Assembly: GCA_964520545.1 (NCBI GenBank)
Contig: CAZFOD010000004.1
Span: forward strand, 4,844 to 68,843
DNA from: an uncultured Candidatus Saccharibacteria bacterium
Lineage (GTDB): Bacteria; Patescibacteriota; Minisyncoccia; Phycocordibacterales; CAIZLB01
DNA length: 64,000 nt
Direction of reading: 5' to 3'
The notes beneath the pieces are model-generated. The model did no database searches and was not told the DNA's origin. It saw only the letters and a list, made by a program, of their open reading frames with translations. Of this stretch, positions 9,666 to 19,409 are shown one piece after another. Each line of letters opens with the position of its first letter. Within the stretch, counting starts at the first letter, position 1. Both the position numbers and the translations under genes were made by a program.

Positions 9666-9787
9666 AGGTTTTTGGCCTTTCTAAATTTTTAGGTTGTGAA
9701 CAATGGTGCGACATCTTTGTTGATATCGCGGTTCGAAATAAGAATACGTCTGTGGAAAGGGTGCGTCAAGCAGGCTTAGGTCTTCAA

Positions 9788-10579
9788 TTACAGCTTCGCG
9801 TAAAGTAGTTTAAACACCCTTTTTTGAAACTCAGCAATCATTGGATTATCAATCGTCACTACAGTCTTTGAATTGTAATCAATAATTGCAACCTTGTTTC
9901 CGTAGATAATCTGCGACACATTTAATCCAAAAAGATCCTGATCGTTTGGTATGAATTTAATCTTTTTTCCAAGCTTCTTGATTGTTGTATTTCTACGAGA
10001 CGCCTCATCGGTAATGACATATCTCTCGAGTCCTTTGAAGTCTCGTTGATATCTGTAATCTTTCGGTAAAAACTTTTTACGTGCCAAACTAAGAGCTGAA
10101 CTATATCTGTAATACACATCATCTTTCTTAAGACTGTGAACGACATCAGAGAATGTTTCTCGTATCGCCTTGTCTCCTTCAGAAAATGTCACGAGAGGTT
10201 TCTTTCCTCTTGTTGAGTATGACTCATGCATTGCATGTATCTCAGAATTAAAATCATCCTCAAGTTCGGTAAACAATCTTTCTACCTTCTCTGGAGATTC
10301 GGCAACATATACCTTGTATTTTCCTTTCGGCATTACACTCACAAGTCCTCGATCAATAAGGGCAGGAAGCATTTTGTAGACTGTTGGGCGATGTAAGCCA
10401 ACCTTTCGTACAATGTCAGAAATTGATGCTGGGCCAGTCTCTAAAAGGGAAAGATATATAGAACTCTCTTCGGTAGTGAAGCCTAGCTTTTCTAATACAG
10501 TATTTTTTCTTTGCATCTTTTTCATAGGTTGTATTCTTTTGTTACAACCTAATCCTACACAAGTATCCATATTTTGCAA
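9788..10579 (-). CDS. TrmB-family transcriptional regulator
   Basis: LGFTTEESSIYLSLL...HRPTVY...LIDRGLV wHTH; C-terminal IYGNKVAII; true start probably ~10525. Confidence 0.85.
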   Translation of the reverse strand: MQNMDTCVGLGCNKRIQPMKKMQRKNTVLEKLGFTTEESSIYLSLLETGPASISDIVRKVGLHRPTVYKMLPALIDRGLVSVMPKGKYKVYVAESPEKVERLFTELEDDFNSEIHAMHESYSTRGKKPLVTFSEGDKAIRETFSDVVHSLKKDDVYYRYSSALSLARKKFLPKDYRYQRDFKGLERYVITDEASRRNTTIKKLGKKIKFIPNDQDLFGLNVSQIIYGNKVAIIDYNSKTVVTIDNPMIAEFQKRVFKLLYAKL

Positions 10580-10687
10580 CGTATATCGGGTTTTCCACTC
10601 GTACTGCTACAACTTTGTCATATTTCCATACATGTAAACGCTACATCGCATATATTTAAAACAGAAAGGTAATTAACAACAACATAT

Positions 10688-11590
10688 ATGAACAAACAAC
10701 ATCTGCGGCTTCCCCTATTGGGTATCGGCCGCCACATGACACTTATGGTCAAAAAGGCCATTGGTATCATTCGCGAAGAAAGCCATGACCTCGTCGTTGA
10801 AGACAAGGTTGGGTACGACAAAGTCAAATGGGATTGCGTTACTGCCGGCGACAAACGCGCGCAAGAAATGTATCTCAAAGAGATCGCAAAGCACTTCCCG
10901 ACATTTGGGGTCATTGCAGAGGAAAAAGAATTAACGATTCCCTGCACCGACGCCAACTTCGACGTGCACTTCACCATTGATCCTCTTGACGGTACCAAGG
11001 CCTACGCGCGCAAACAATCACACGGCGTGAGCACAATGCTCGCCCTCGTCTGCGACGGAAAGATTGTTGCGGTGACAATCGGCGACGCAAACACTGGTGA
11101 AATCTACGAGTATGCCGCTGAGGATGCTCGAGGCGAAGTGGCAAGATGGCGCTTCGACAAGATGGAGAAACTGGAGCCCGACGTCGTAAGACCTCTGCAC
11201 CAGCAGTACGTGCTCCTTCTCGACAACCCACGCATCCAGCCACAAGTCGTCAAAGACATGGCTACACTCTTCCCTGCGGAAGGCGGGCTGTTCAAGGACT
11301 TTGAGATCCAAGGAGGTAGCATCGGTCTTCGATTCGCTCGTCTTTGGAAGGGCGAAATCGGCGGCATCATCCTTAGCCCTACGCACGACACACCCTGGGA
11401 TCTCATACCAGTACTCGGCATCAGCAAGCGTCTTGGATTCAAATTCTTCCGACTGGATCCGGCGACGAACACGTTCACTGAACGCGAACCAGAACTCACG
11501 AAGGTCATCGTAAAGAAACCCTTCGTCGAGCTCATCATCCACGAAACACATGTGCCAGAGTTCAAAGCCTGGCTCGCTGGTAACAATTAA
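10688..11590 (+). CDS. inositol monophosphatase/CysQ (FIG) family phosphatase
   Basis: VTAGD, AEE, IDPLDGT and PWD motifs. Confidence 0.85.
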   Translation: MNKQHLRLPLLGIGRHMTLMVKKAIGIIREESHDLVVEDKVGYDKVKWDCVTAGDKRAQEMYLKEIAKHFPTFGVIAEEKELTIPCTDANFDVHFTIDPLDGTKAYARKQSHGVSTMLALVCDGKIVAVTIGDANTGEIYEYAAEDARGEVARWRFDKMEKLEPDVVRPLHQQYVLLLDNPRIQPQVVKDMATLFPAEGGLFKDFEIQGGSIGLRFARLWKGEIGGIILSPTHDTPWDLIPVLGISKRLGFKFFRLDPATNTFTEREPELTKVIVKKPFVELIIHETHVPEFKAWLAGNN

Positions 11591-11600
11591 CAAAAAAACT

Positions 11601-12080
11601 ATGCGAAAGAAAGAAGTACTTGGGATTGACCTCGGAGACACAATCTTCGACAGGTCACTCTCACCAACACAACCGTTTCAAGATGCTTTACGTGTCATTA
11701 AACGGCTAACTGAAGAACGGTTCACTGCACCACATGTGCACATCGTCTCCAAAGTTAATACTGAACAGAAGCTCCGCGCCGAAGCACGCCTTGCAGAATA
11801 TGGATTCTTCGAGGCGACGGGTATCCCCGAAACAAATCTGCACTTCTGCGCTGAGCGTTCCGAAAAGGCGCCCATCTGTGAGAGGCTAGGAATCACGCAC
11901 TTCATCGACGACCGTGTCGAGGTGCTGTATCACCTCCTCAACATCGTCCCCCACTGCTACCTCTTCCGTGGCAACACGAAGAGAGAGCTGGATACTGACG
12001 AGCTGGAGTTCCAGCATGTCACGCAGCAGACGAGGGTTGTGAACAGTTGGCTCGACGTCGAGGAGCTGTTGTTGAAATAA
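11601..12080 (+). CDS. HAD-superfamily-like protein
   Basis: GIDLGDTI (motif I variant), IVSK, K, FIDDR. Confidence 0.7.
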   Translation: MRKKEVLGIDLGDTIFDRSLSPTQPFQDALRVIKRLTEERFTAPHVHIVSKVNTEQKLRAEARLAEYGFFEATGIPETNLHFCAERSEKAPICERLGITHFIDDRVEVLYHLLNIVPHCYLFRGNTKRELDTDELEFQHVTQQTRVVNSWLDVEELLLK

Positions 12081-12089
12081 GTACAAATC

Positions 12090-12125
12090 AAAAGGGCCGC
12101 AGAGACAATGTCTCCGCGGCCCTTT
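12090..12125. terminator. bidirectional terminator
   Basis: AAAGGGCCGC...GCGGCCCTTT; similar to 12509..12544. Confidence 0.8.
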
Positions 12126-12129
12126 AACT

Positions 12130-12441
12130 CTATTCCGGTAAACCGGGGATCTCGACGACCACCAGCTGTTCTGCATTCGTACGATTCCATCTCCTCCACT
12201 GAGTGCAGGGCAATCCGAATTCCAGGCCACCAATTTTTCGTGGTATCTGAATCATGAGAAACGGAATTCCGTCGTAAAGACTTACAATCCGGCCATCATA
12301 TTCGGTTCCAGCTCTGAGGAAGGTGTGCATTTTTTTGCACGAAGAGACTACCATTGGCTCCCCGCTCACGATTCTTACAGGGATGTCATATACTCGCTGA
12401 GGAACACCGCTTACCGGTGCTAAGGCTTGTGGGTTGGGCAT
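12130..12441 (-). CDS. orphan protein, paralogous to C-terminal domain of 12551..13564
   Basis: YD[IL]xxR[IV]V...DG...[FY]LM...E[FY]GL...QW shared; start at ATG 12441 preferred. Confidence 0.65.
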   Translation of the reverse strand: MPNPQALAPVSGVPQRVYDIPVRIVSGEPMVVSSCKKMHTFLRAGTEYDGRIVSLYDGIPFLMIQIPRKIGGLEFGLPCTQWRRWNRTNAEQLVVVEIPGLPE

Positions 12442-12508
12442 ATTCGATATTTGGTTGAGGTTGCAATCTGTATGTGATTTAAACACCTATGTCACATTGG
12501 GTCAAACT

Positions 12509-12544
12509 AAAAGGCCGCGGGTGACATTGCACCCGCGGCCTCTT
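12509..12544 (-). terminator. terminator
   Basis: AGGCCGCGGGTG...CACCCGCGGCCT. Confidence 0.8.
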
Positions 12545-12550
12545 CATCTT

Positions 12551-13564
12551 TTACAACCCCTCGATAGTAACCGTACTATCGCGTCGAAGAGCCAGCCATT
12601 GGCCCAACTGAAGACCATACTCGATTTTACGCTCGCCACTTGGATCGCGCATCATGAGGTAGGTGTGGGTTCCGTCACTGCATTTGCGGGCGAGATATCG
12701 CCCCGTTTTTAGCCTCAGCTCCAAACGAAGTCCCCTGTTGAATACCATCACCGCACCGACGACTCTGATTATCAAGTCATACTCGTAGGTATCGATATTA
12801 GGATCTTCTCCAGTTTGCTTCACAATCTGTCGCTTCTGGCGCTCTGCATCCACTCGAGCGTAGTTTTCCATCGTCTTCTGCTTACGCGCCTCATCTTTCT
12901 GCGTTCTTCTTTCCGCCTTCAACTTCTTTTCTGGAAGGCTCCTAAGAACACGTATGAGCCTAGCGCGCTGCCACTCGATCGTTTGCCTTTTTTGCACGGA
13001 TCGTAACACGGGAGTTCGCTGTTTCTTTCGTTCCTCAATCAGCTTTCTTGCTAATAACCTGGAAAGAGAACGCAGAAGCCTGGCGCGCTGCCACTCGATC
13101 GTTTGCTTCTTCGGCAATGGAGGAGGGGTTTTTACTTCCCTCTGCACGGGCGGTGCTTCAGGCGTAGTTACGCCTAACTTTTCCGAACCCTCGGCTGTGA
13201 GCAAAACCGCCAAGGAAACAATGAGCTCAACCCCATCATCAAACATGCTTGGGAAATTTTCCTCGTCATCATCTTCAGCGATGTCGATTCCACGAGCTGT
13301 TTCAGCCTTGAGCAAGGTTCCTTCATATTGAAGCCAGGCATACCACTCCTTCTTACCCACAACGACGTGGAGGAAGTCCGAAACGCTGTCTCCAATGCGT
13401 ACTTCGAACTTTTGATACACCTGCTTCGACTTCCAGGGCAGCTCGGAGTAACACTCCTTGCGACAGCAGCAAAGGTACACATACCCCGGCTGCAGCTCTA
13501 TGCCCTGCCTATACGCTTTCACCCTTTTGTCCATCGTACCCTCTGACGCTTTTAGCATACTCAT
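12551..13564 (-). CDS. orphan multidomain protein with internal repeat
   Basis: 337 aa; [KR]QTIEWQRARL repeated twice; AGAAAGG RBS. Confidence 0.7.
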   Translation of the reverse strand: MSMLKASEGTMDKRVKAYRQGIELQPGYVYLCCCRKECYSELPWKSKQVYQKFEVRIGDSVSDFLHVVVGKKEWYAWLQYEGTLLKAETARGIDIAEDDDEENFPSMFDDGVELIVSLAVLLTAEGSEKLGVTTPEAPPVQREVKTPPPLPKKQTIEWQRARLLRSLSRLLARKLIEERKKQRTPVLRSVQKRQTIEWQRARLIRVLRSLPEKKLKAERRTQKDEARKQKTMENYARVDAERQKRQIVKQTGEDPNIDTYEYDLIIRVVGAVMVFNRGLRLELRLKTGRYLARKCSDGTHTYLMMRDPSGERKIEYGLQLGQWLALRRDSTVTIEGL

Positions 13565-13755
13565 CGGATTTGGTCCTTTCTGGTCTGGTTTGTTGTTAGA
13601 TAACTGGTCTGTATGTATTTAACTCGTATTTTAGGATACCGTCAATCCTAGACGTGACATATATTTAAAATGATATAACCTATATAACCAGAGATGAACT
13701 CGGCAGCGATTCCATCGCAGATCGAGAGTGGAACGAAACATCAACAGATATTTAC

Positions 13756-14478
13756 ATGAACCAAGATGCCAGAACCATTCGGGAAGCATTACGCTTCCTG
13801 CTCCGTAACGCCTTCCTATATTTCTACGCGTGGGCAGGGGGGATTATCAGTATCCACAAGCAAACACTCCGGTCCATCGATCGAATCGTAAAGAACGGTG
13901 ATGCGATCATCGAAATCGGCTGTGGCAGAGGCTTCTTCACAAAAGCCCTGCATGAGAAAATGAGTCGGATGCACGACGTTACAATAACAGCATCAGACAT
14001 CAACCCAAAGGTTGTCGAACATGCCGCAAGGTATTGTGGCGCGGAATATTTCCCCCCAAGCGACGCCTTCTTCACCGAAGATAACAGCCTAGAAATCCGT
14101 CTAGCTAGTGCCACCAACATTGGCTCGACGGTAAGCAAAAAGGCAGATGTCATACTCTGCATCATGGTGGCCCACCACCTTAGCCACTGTGAAAGGCAGC
14201 AGATGATCAAAGGGATATATGAAGCACTGGGTCCCGGGCGGACAGCCCTGGTCGTGGATCACGGAAAGCCCAGTACCTGGTATGGAAAAATATTCTGGCT
14301 TCTCTTTCACCACCACTGCTTTGCAAATGGGTGCATTGAGTCCATTGAAGAGATGGCGGAGAAACAGGGATTCATCAATCGTATCTACTGGGAAACGCAG
14401 TTTGGATGGATTCATCATCTGACAATCCAAAGACCACTGAATGGGGTTCCCTCCGCAAAACAGGGACAAGCCAACTAA
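13756..14478 (+). CDS. class I SAM-dependent methyltransferase
   Basis: IIEIGCGRG motif I, SDIN, AHHL, LGPGRTALVVD; terminator 14482..14517. Confidence 0.85.
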   Translation: MNQDARTIREALRFLLRNAFLYFYAWAGGIISIHKQTLRSIDRIVKNGDAIIEIGCGRGFFTKALHEKMSRMHDVTITASDINPKVVEHAARYCGAEYFPPSDAFFTEDNSLEIRLASATNIGSTVSKKADVILCIMVAHHLSHCERQQMIKGIYEALGPGRTALVVDHGKPSTWYGKIFWLLFHHHCFANGCIESIEEMAEKQGFINRIYWETQFGWIHHLTIQRPLNGVPSAKQGQAN

Positions 14479-14530
14479 ACGAAAGCGGCCACCGACAAAA
14501 TGTCAGTGGCCGCTTTAACGTTTGGAGATA

Positions 14531-15142
14531 TTAGTTTTCTGCAACGATAAGGAGGTTCGCCTTGGCTGCAGCCGTCTTTCCCCAACAAGGGGATGACGCT
14601 GACCATGGCTGTGTACCCTGCTCCTCATACAAGAGACGTCCGTACGCGAGGTTTCCCTCAACAGTGTAAAGATCATATCCAAGCTTCTGCGCACGTTTTA
14701 AGTGGTATCGCTCGTTGATCTGCATCACACCGACGTCCTTGGCGTTTACCCTTCCGCGCACAGTCTCGCCATTCTTATCGTACTGTCGAAACTGGGACTC
14801 ACATCTTGAGACTTCCGCCATTACGGGGATATCAGAGAAGTAGGCCCGAACCTTTGCCTCAATGCCGGCATTGGTAGGGATCGTTGAGCTTGCTGTCTTC
14901 TGTAAAGAAGTAGCAATCTCGACGGTCTGGGATTTAGCAATTTCCTGTTTTGAAAGTGTGTCTGTAGAGGTAGAAGTACCGTCTGACATCATTCCTGAAA
15001 CCATCATCGCTAAACCGAAGGTCAATGGTAAAATAAGCCTTTTCTTATCTAGTAATGCGCTCGTCCATTTCAGTAAATTTGAGCGCTTGCACCTAACTAA
15101 AAAAGCACATTGCTGTGCTTCTTTATGTCTATATACTAGCAC
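14531..15142 (-). CDS. lysozyme-like/lytic transglycosylase protein
   Basis: CES catalytic-type Glu, GVMQIN, GTQPW; true start probably downstream of 15142. Confidence 0.75.
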   Translation of the reverse strand: MLVYRHKEAQQCAFLVRCKRSNLLKWTSALLDKKRLILPLTFGLAMMVSGMMSDGTSTSTDTLSKQEIAKSQTVEIATSLQKTASSTIPTNAGIEAKVRAYFSDIPVMAEVSRCESQFRQYDKNGETVRGRVNAKDVGVMQINERYHLKRAQKLGYDLYTVEGNLAYGRLLYEEQGTQPWSASSPCWGKTAAAKANLLIVAEN

Positions 15143-15258
15143 CTTTTGAACCCCCTGTCAAGAAAAATGCCTCATTTCTGACCCCTAGAAAGGCATTAAT
15201 ATGGCTCAACTGAGCCGTAATACCCATACCATAGACTTTACACTAAATCAAACATATG

Positions 15259-15504
15259 TCATGGTTTTTTTGCCTTCGTCTTCACTTTATGGATCGGCAC
15301 TGAACTTGTCGCCCTAAGCCCCACCAGAACCTCTTCCGAGCAGAGAATTTGGATGGGAGGCGGTGTATTTATACGCTCCCAAAGGAAGCCGACACCCAGA
15401 AAACCCATAATATTAAGTATTGTGGATATACAGAATACCCAAATCACCCAATCTCCCCCACCCCGCTTCCTATTGATATTTTCAGACACCTGAGCTATAC
15501 TCAT
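15259..15504 (-). CDS. small single-TM hypothetical protein
   Basis: 81 aa; TACAAT 8 nt upstream of ATG. Confidence 0.55.
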   Translation of the reverse strand: MSIAQVSENINRKRGGGDWVIWVFCISTILNIMGFLGVGFLWERINTPPPIQILCSEEVLVGLRATSSVPIHKVKTKAKKP

Positions 15505-15574
15505 TGAACTTAATTGTATAGATCTGGCCTGAAAAAGGCCTCAAGCTTAAGTAAAGATTTAATTATATAACACC

Positions 15575-15847
15575 ATGGCAACCAAAAAAGCCGGCGGTAC
15601 AGCGAAAAACCTAAAAGATTCACAGCCAAAGTTCCTTGGAGTGAAGCTTTATGCAGGTGAAAAGGCATCGACCGGCGCTATAATCGTGCGACAGCGTGGC
15701 ACCCGAATCCTTCCCGGCAAGAACGTCGGACTAGGAAAGGACCACACTCTCTACGCACTCAAGGAAGGAACAGTTGAATTCGGTACAAAGAGAAAGACTC
15801 ACTTCGATGACAAAATTGTCGTAAAGCGAGTAGTTCACGTAAAGTAA
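15575..15847 (+). CDS. rpmA: 50S ribosomal protein bL27
   Basis: MATKKAGG...[10 protein letters not shown]...IIVRQRGT...GKDHTLYA; terminator 15859..15887. Confidence 0.98.
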   Translation: MATKKAGGTAKNLKDSQPKFLGVKLYAGEKASTGAIIVRQRGTRILPGKNVGLGKDHTLYALKEGTVEFGTKRKTHFDDKIVVKRVVHVK

Positions 15848-15925
15848 GGATTCACATCAAAAAACCCACTCAAAAAGTGGGTTTTTTGATTGACTTCAAA
15901 GTAGACAAACTACTACAATGACTAC

Positions 15926-16147
15926 TAGGCACATGCCGTTCTGCGCGGTGTGTGATGGTAACTCCCGAGTATGCTTAGCGTTCGTAACGCAGGTCTTTTT
16001 GCGGGTGTATCGACTCCAAACCAAACTGTGACAGAGGCGTTCCTGGAACTCGTCTCGACTCACACCGGCAAGGATAGCGATATCCAAAGATCCGCATACT
16101 CGGGAACTTCTCTTCAAAAAAACAGCGCCCTCAGTGGACGCTGTTTT
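15926..16147 (+). ncRNA. putative stand-alone structured ncRNA (unassigned; divergent 6S-like RNA possible)
   Basis: TTGACT-18-TACAAT promoter (15890..15919), nested helices incl. perfect 12-bp TCCCGAGTATGC/GCATACTCGGGA and a GCGA tetraloop hairpin, terminator 16119..16147, no convincing ORF. Confidence 0.6.
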
Positions 16148-16168
16148 CTTTTACCGTCTCCCTTCCCT

Positions 16169-16615
16169 TTATTCTAGTGCCTTGATGACTACTGTAAACT
16201 CAACTGACTTTTCCTGTACGGTAACTGTAACCTTGTGTTCTCCAACTTCCTTCAATGGCTTATCGAGAACGATGTATTCTGGTGCAATATCAAGCCGTGT
16301 CTGTTCCTTAAGTGCTGGAACGAGTTCCTCCTTATGAATACCGGCAAAAAGGTGTCCTTTCTCATTAGCCTTTCCTGATAATTCAAGAGTGACACCAGAG
16401 ATATCCTTGAGGTTCTTCAAAAGAAGTTCCTCTCGAACCTTCTGATCTGCAGATTCCTGAGCTCGGAATTTCTCTGCTCGTGCAAGAGCCTTTTCTGTTG
16501 CTGTTTCTGCAAAACCCCTTGGAATCAAGGAATTTGAGGCAAAACCTTCAGCCACCTCGACTACTTCGAACTTGCGGCCTACTTTCTGAACGTCTTTAAG
16601 AAGAATTACTTTCAT
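16169..16615 (-). CDS. rplI: 50S ribosomal protein bL9
   Basis: MKVILLKDV...VAEGFASNSLIP...GHLFAGI; start at 16615. Confidence 0.97.
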   Translation of the reverse strand: MKVILLKDVQKVGRKFEVVEVAEGFASNSLIPRGFAETATEKALARAEKFRAQESADQKVREELLLKNLKDISGVTLELSGKANEKGHLFAGIHKEELVPALKEQTRLDIAPEYIVLDKPLKEVGEHKVTVTVQEKSVEFTVVIKALE

Positions 16616-16664
16616 GGGAATTACTATATGGTTGGCAAATAAATGTGTGCTGGTGACTATATCA

Positions 16665-17900
16665 CTATTGATACAGTATTTCAACCGCCTTCTTCATTTG
16701 AAGATCGTTGTTGTTTTTAACGTCTTCCTGGGTCAATTTAACCTCAACATTAGGCTCGATGCCGTTTCCTGAGATAGAGACACCATTTGGAGTGAGCCAT
16801 CGTGCAATCGTAACCTTAAGTGCTGTCTTATCATCAATATTTACGAGCTGCTGAACAGAACCCTTACCGAATGTCTTCGTACCAACGAGAGTAGCCTTTC
16901 CATGCTCACTGAGGGCTCCGGCTAGAATCTCAGAAGCTGAGGCTGAACCGCCATCTATGAGGATGACCATCTTAAGATTGTCACTGAAAATGTCATATCC
17001 TCGGCTTTTCTCCACCGTCTCAGGCTTACCTGATCCATAGTCTTCCCTAACCACTACCTTACCTGGTGGAAGGAACCAGCTTGCCATGTCTACTGCGGCA
17101 TCAAGCACACCCCCTGGATTTCCTCGGAGATCAAGGACGAGCTTGTTAGAACCGCTTAGTACAAATTCTCGGAGCGCTGACCGGAAGAGATTCGCAGACT
17201 GAGTAGAGAAGCTGTAAAGCTTAATGGTAAATATCTGTCCTTCAGACTTTGTTTCAATAACTGGAAGATTGATAACATCTCTAACAATCTTCACTTCAAA
17301 TGGATCCGACACTCCTTCTCGAACAATGGTGAGTGTCACTTCAGTACCCTTCTTCCCTCGTATCAATTTCACAGCCTGATCAACAGTCATACTCGTAGCG
17401 ATTGTATCGTTGATCTTTATGACCTTATCACCCGAAAGAATACCCGCTCTTTTAGCCGGGCTATTAGGCAAAGGAGAGATGACTGTCAAAACATTATCTT
17501 TAATTCCCATTTCCATACCAATACCTTCAAAATTACCTTCGATTTCAGTAAGGAAGGCTTCGTTCTCCGCTGGTGGAAAAAATACAGTGTATGGATCACC
17601 GAGTGACGCTGTGAGTCCCTGAATTGCTCCATATACCTTATCCTGATCTGTTGCAATTGTGCTTGTCGATTTTCCTGTGGCTACATAGTTATCCTCAATA
17701 ATTGACCATGCTTTCCAGAAAAGTCCAAAATCTACATTATCTGGCTTCCCTGTTTCCTTGTTAATGATTGAATCAAAACGCTGTGCCCTTACCTCTTGCG
17801 CCCGCCCTGATACGATTCCGCCGTAGAATGCACCAACAATAACGGCTCCGATAACAACCGCTCCGAGAATTTGTTTTAAAGATGAACTGTTTGTAGGCAT
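16665..17900 (-). CDS. ctpA: C-terminal processing protease (S41A, PDZ)
   Basis: DPYT, GIG, DLRGNPGG, SASASEI, TFGKGSVQ. Confidence 0.95.
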   Translation of the reverse strand: MPTNSSSLKQILGAVVIGAVIVGAFYGGIVSGRAQEVRAQRFDSIINKETGKPDNVDFGLFWKAWSIIEDNYVATGKSTSTIATDQDKVYGAIQGLTASLGDPYTVFFPPAENEAFLTEIEGNFEGIGMEMGIKDNVLTVISPLPNSPAKRAGILSGDKVIKINDTIATSMTVDQAVKLIRGKKGTEVTLTIVREGVSDPFEVKIVRDVINLPVIETKSEGQIFTIKLYSFSTQSANLFRSALREFVLSGSNKLVLDLRGNPGGVLDAAVDMASWFLPPGKVVVREDYGSGKPETVEKSRGYDIFSDNLKMVILIDGGSASASEILAGALSEHGKATLVGTKTFGKGSVQQLVNIDDKTALKVTIARWLTPNGVSISGNGIEPNVEVKLTQEDVKNNNDLQMKKAVEILYQ

Positions 17901-17989
17901 ATGTCACAAAATTATCTCAAACTTACCGCTTGCGGTCAATCAAAATATTTGTTCGTGCGCCGTCGCGGTGAATAGGTTATAATTTCCAA

Positions 17990-19387
17990 ATGGACATATA
18001 CCTATACAACACTCTGACTTCTGGCAAAGATATATTTACTCCCATAAAACCTGGACACGTATCTATGTACCATTGCGGTCCAACTGTATATGGGTATGCA
18101 CACATCGGGAATCTCCGCGCATATATATTTGCTGACATTCTCCGACGAATGTTTGAATACAACGGATACGTACCAAATCAGGTCATCAATATCACAGACA
18201 TTGGTCACCTGACCTCCGACAGTGACGAAGGTGAAGACAAGATGACCAAAGCTCTCCTCGCGGCAGGAAAAGAACTAACACTCGACTCTCTTAAAGAGCA
18301 TGCTGACTTCTATACAGCTCAATTCATCTCTGACCTCCAAGAACTTAATGTTGAAAAGCCACAGCATCTACCAAAGGCAAGTGAACATATTAAAGAGGAT
18401 ATAAATCTCATTGTAGATCTTGAGAAAAAAGGATTTGCATACAAAATCTCTGATGGCATATATTTCGATACCGAAAAAGATGTCGACTATGGAAAACTAG
18501 GAAAGAATACGGTAAAGGAAGACGAGACTGTCTCTCGTATTGGCATCAATACAGAAAAGAGGAATCCTCGAGATTTCTGTCTCTGGAAGTTCGACACTAA
18601 GCTCGGTTGGAAAAGCCCTTGGGGACAGGGGTTTCCAGGTTGGCACCTTGAGTGCTCAGCAATGTCAATGAAATATCTAGGTGAGACATTTGATGTTCAT
18701 ACTGGAGGCATTGATCACATTCCGGTTCACCACAACAATGAAATTGCTCAGTCTGAAAGCGCAACAGGAAAGCCATTTGCTCACTTCTGGCTCCATGGAG
18801 CTTTTGTGAACATAGATGGTGGAAAAATTGCTAAATCTGTCGGTAACACATATTACCTCAGAGACTTAAAAGAGCGAGGTATTTCTCCTCTCGCCTACCG
18901 ATATTGGCTTTTGACAGCTCACTACCGAACACTCGTCAACTTTACCGAGGAATCTGTTACTGGTGCCCAAACTGCATATGAAAGACTTCGGGCAACAATC
19001 ATTCAATTAGCTGGAGCTTCTGACAAAAAAGGAAACATAGATTTAGGATATCAGGCAGTATTCCATCAAGCGATTAACGATGATCTCAATACTGCAAAAG
19101 CATTAGCTACAGTATGGGATCTCATTAAAGATCAAAATATCTCTTCCGAATCAAAACTAGCAACCCTGCTAGACTTCGACAGAGTTTTAGGACTAGATCT
19201 TGAAAAAGAATCTGAAGCATTAGTAGTTGAAGTTCCTTCAGATGTTTACGCACTCATCGAACAGCGTGATGAGGCTCGCAAAGCAAAGGACTGGAAATCT
19301 TCTGATGATCTTCGTGCAGAGATTGAATCTAAAGGATTCGATGTGAAAGACACAGCTGACGGTACAAAAGTCATTTCAAAGCGTTAA
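17990..19387 (+). CDS. cysS: cysteinyl-tRNA synthetase
   Basis: CGPTVY, HIGN, PGWHLECSAM, KIAKS. Confidence 0.98.
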   Translation: MDIYLYNTLTSGKDIFTPIKPGHVSMYHCGPTVYGYAHIGNLRAYIFADILRRMFEYNGYVPNQVINITDIGHLTSDSDEGEDKMTKALLAAGKELTLDSLKEHADFYTAQFISDLQELNVEKPQHLPKASEHIKEDINLIVDLEKKGFAYKISDGIYFDTEKDVDYGKLGKNTVKEDETVSRIGINTEKRNPRDFCLWKFDTKLGWKSPWGQGFPGWHLECSAMSMKYLGETFDVHTGGIDHIPVHHNNEIAQSESATGKPFAHFWLHGAFVNIDGGKIAKSVGNTYYLRDLKERGISPLAYRYWLLTAHYRTLVNFTEESVTGAQTAYERLRATIIQLAGASDKKGNIDLGYQAVFHQAINDDLNTAKALATVWDLIKDQNISSESKLATLLDFDRVLGLDLEKESEALVVEVPSDVYALIEQRDEARKAKDWKSSDDLRAEIESKGFDVKDTADGTKVISKR

Positions 19388-19409
19388 GGTTCTGATACAA
19401 TATATCTGT

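Noticed and set aside
11018-11641. Long antisense ORFs over the IMPase gene, and similar shadows over mreB, rseP and dnaB
   Set aside because: They overlap recognisable genes on the other strand or frame and have no motifs.
15201-15218. Palindrome ATGGCTCA-AC-TGAGCCGT as an operator or REP-like repeat
   Set aside because: Only one clear copy in the window.
15963-16105. Retron msr-msd interpretation (12-bp terminal inverted repeat followed by TTAG)
   Set aside because: No reverse transcriptase in the window, pairing does not extend to the putative branching G, and there is no single long msd hairpin.
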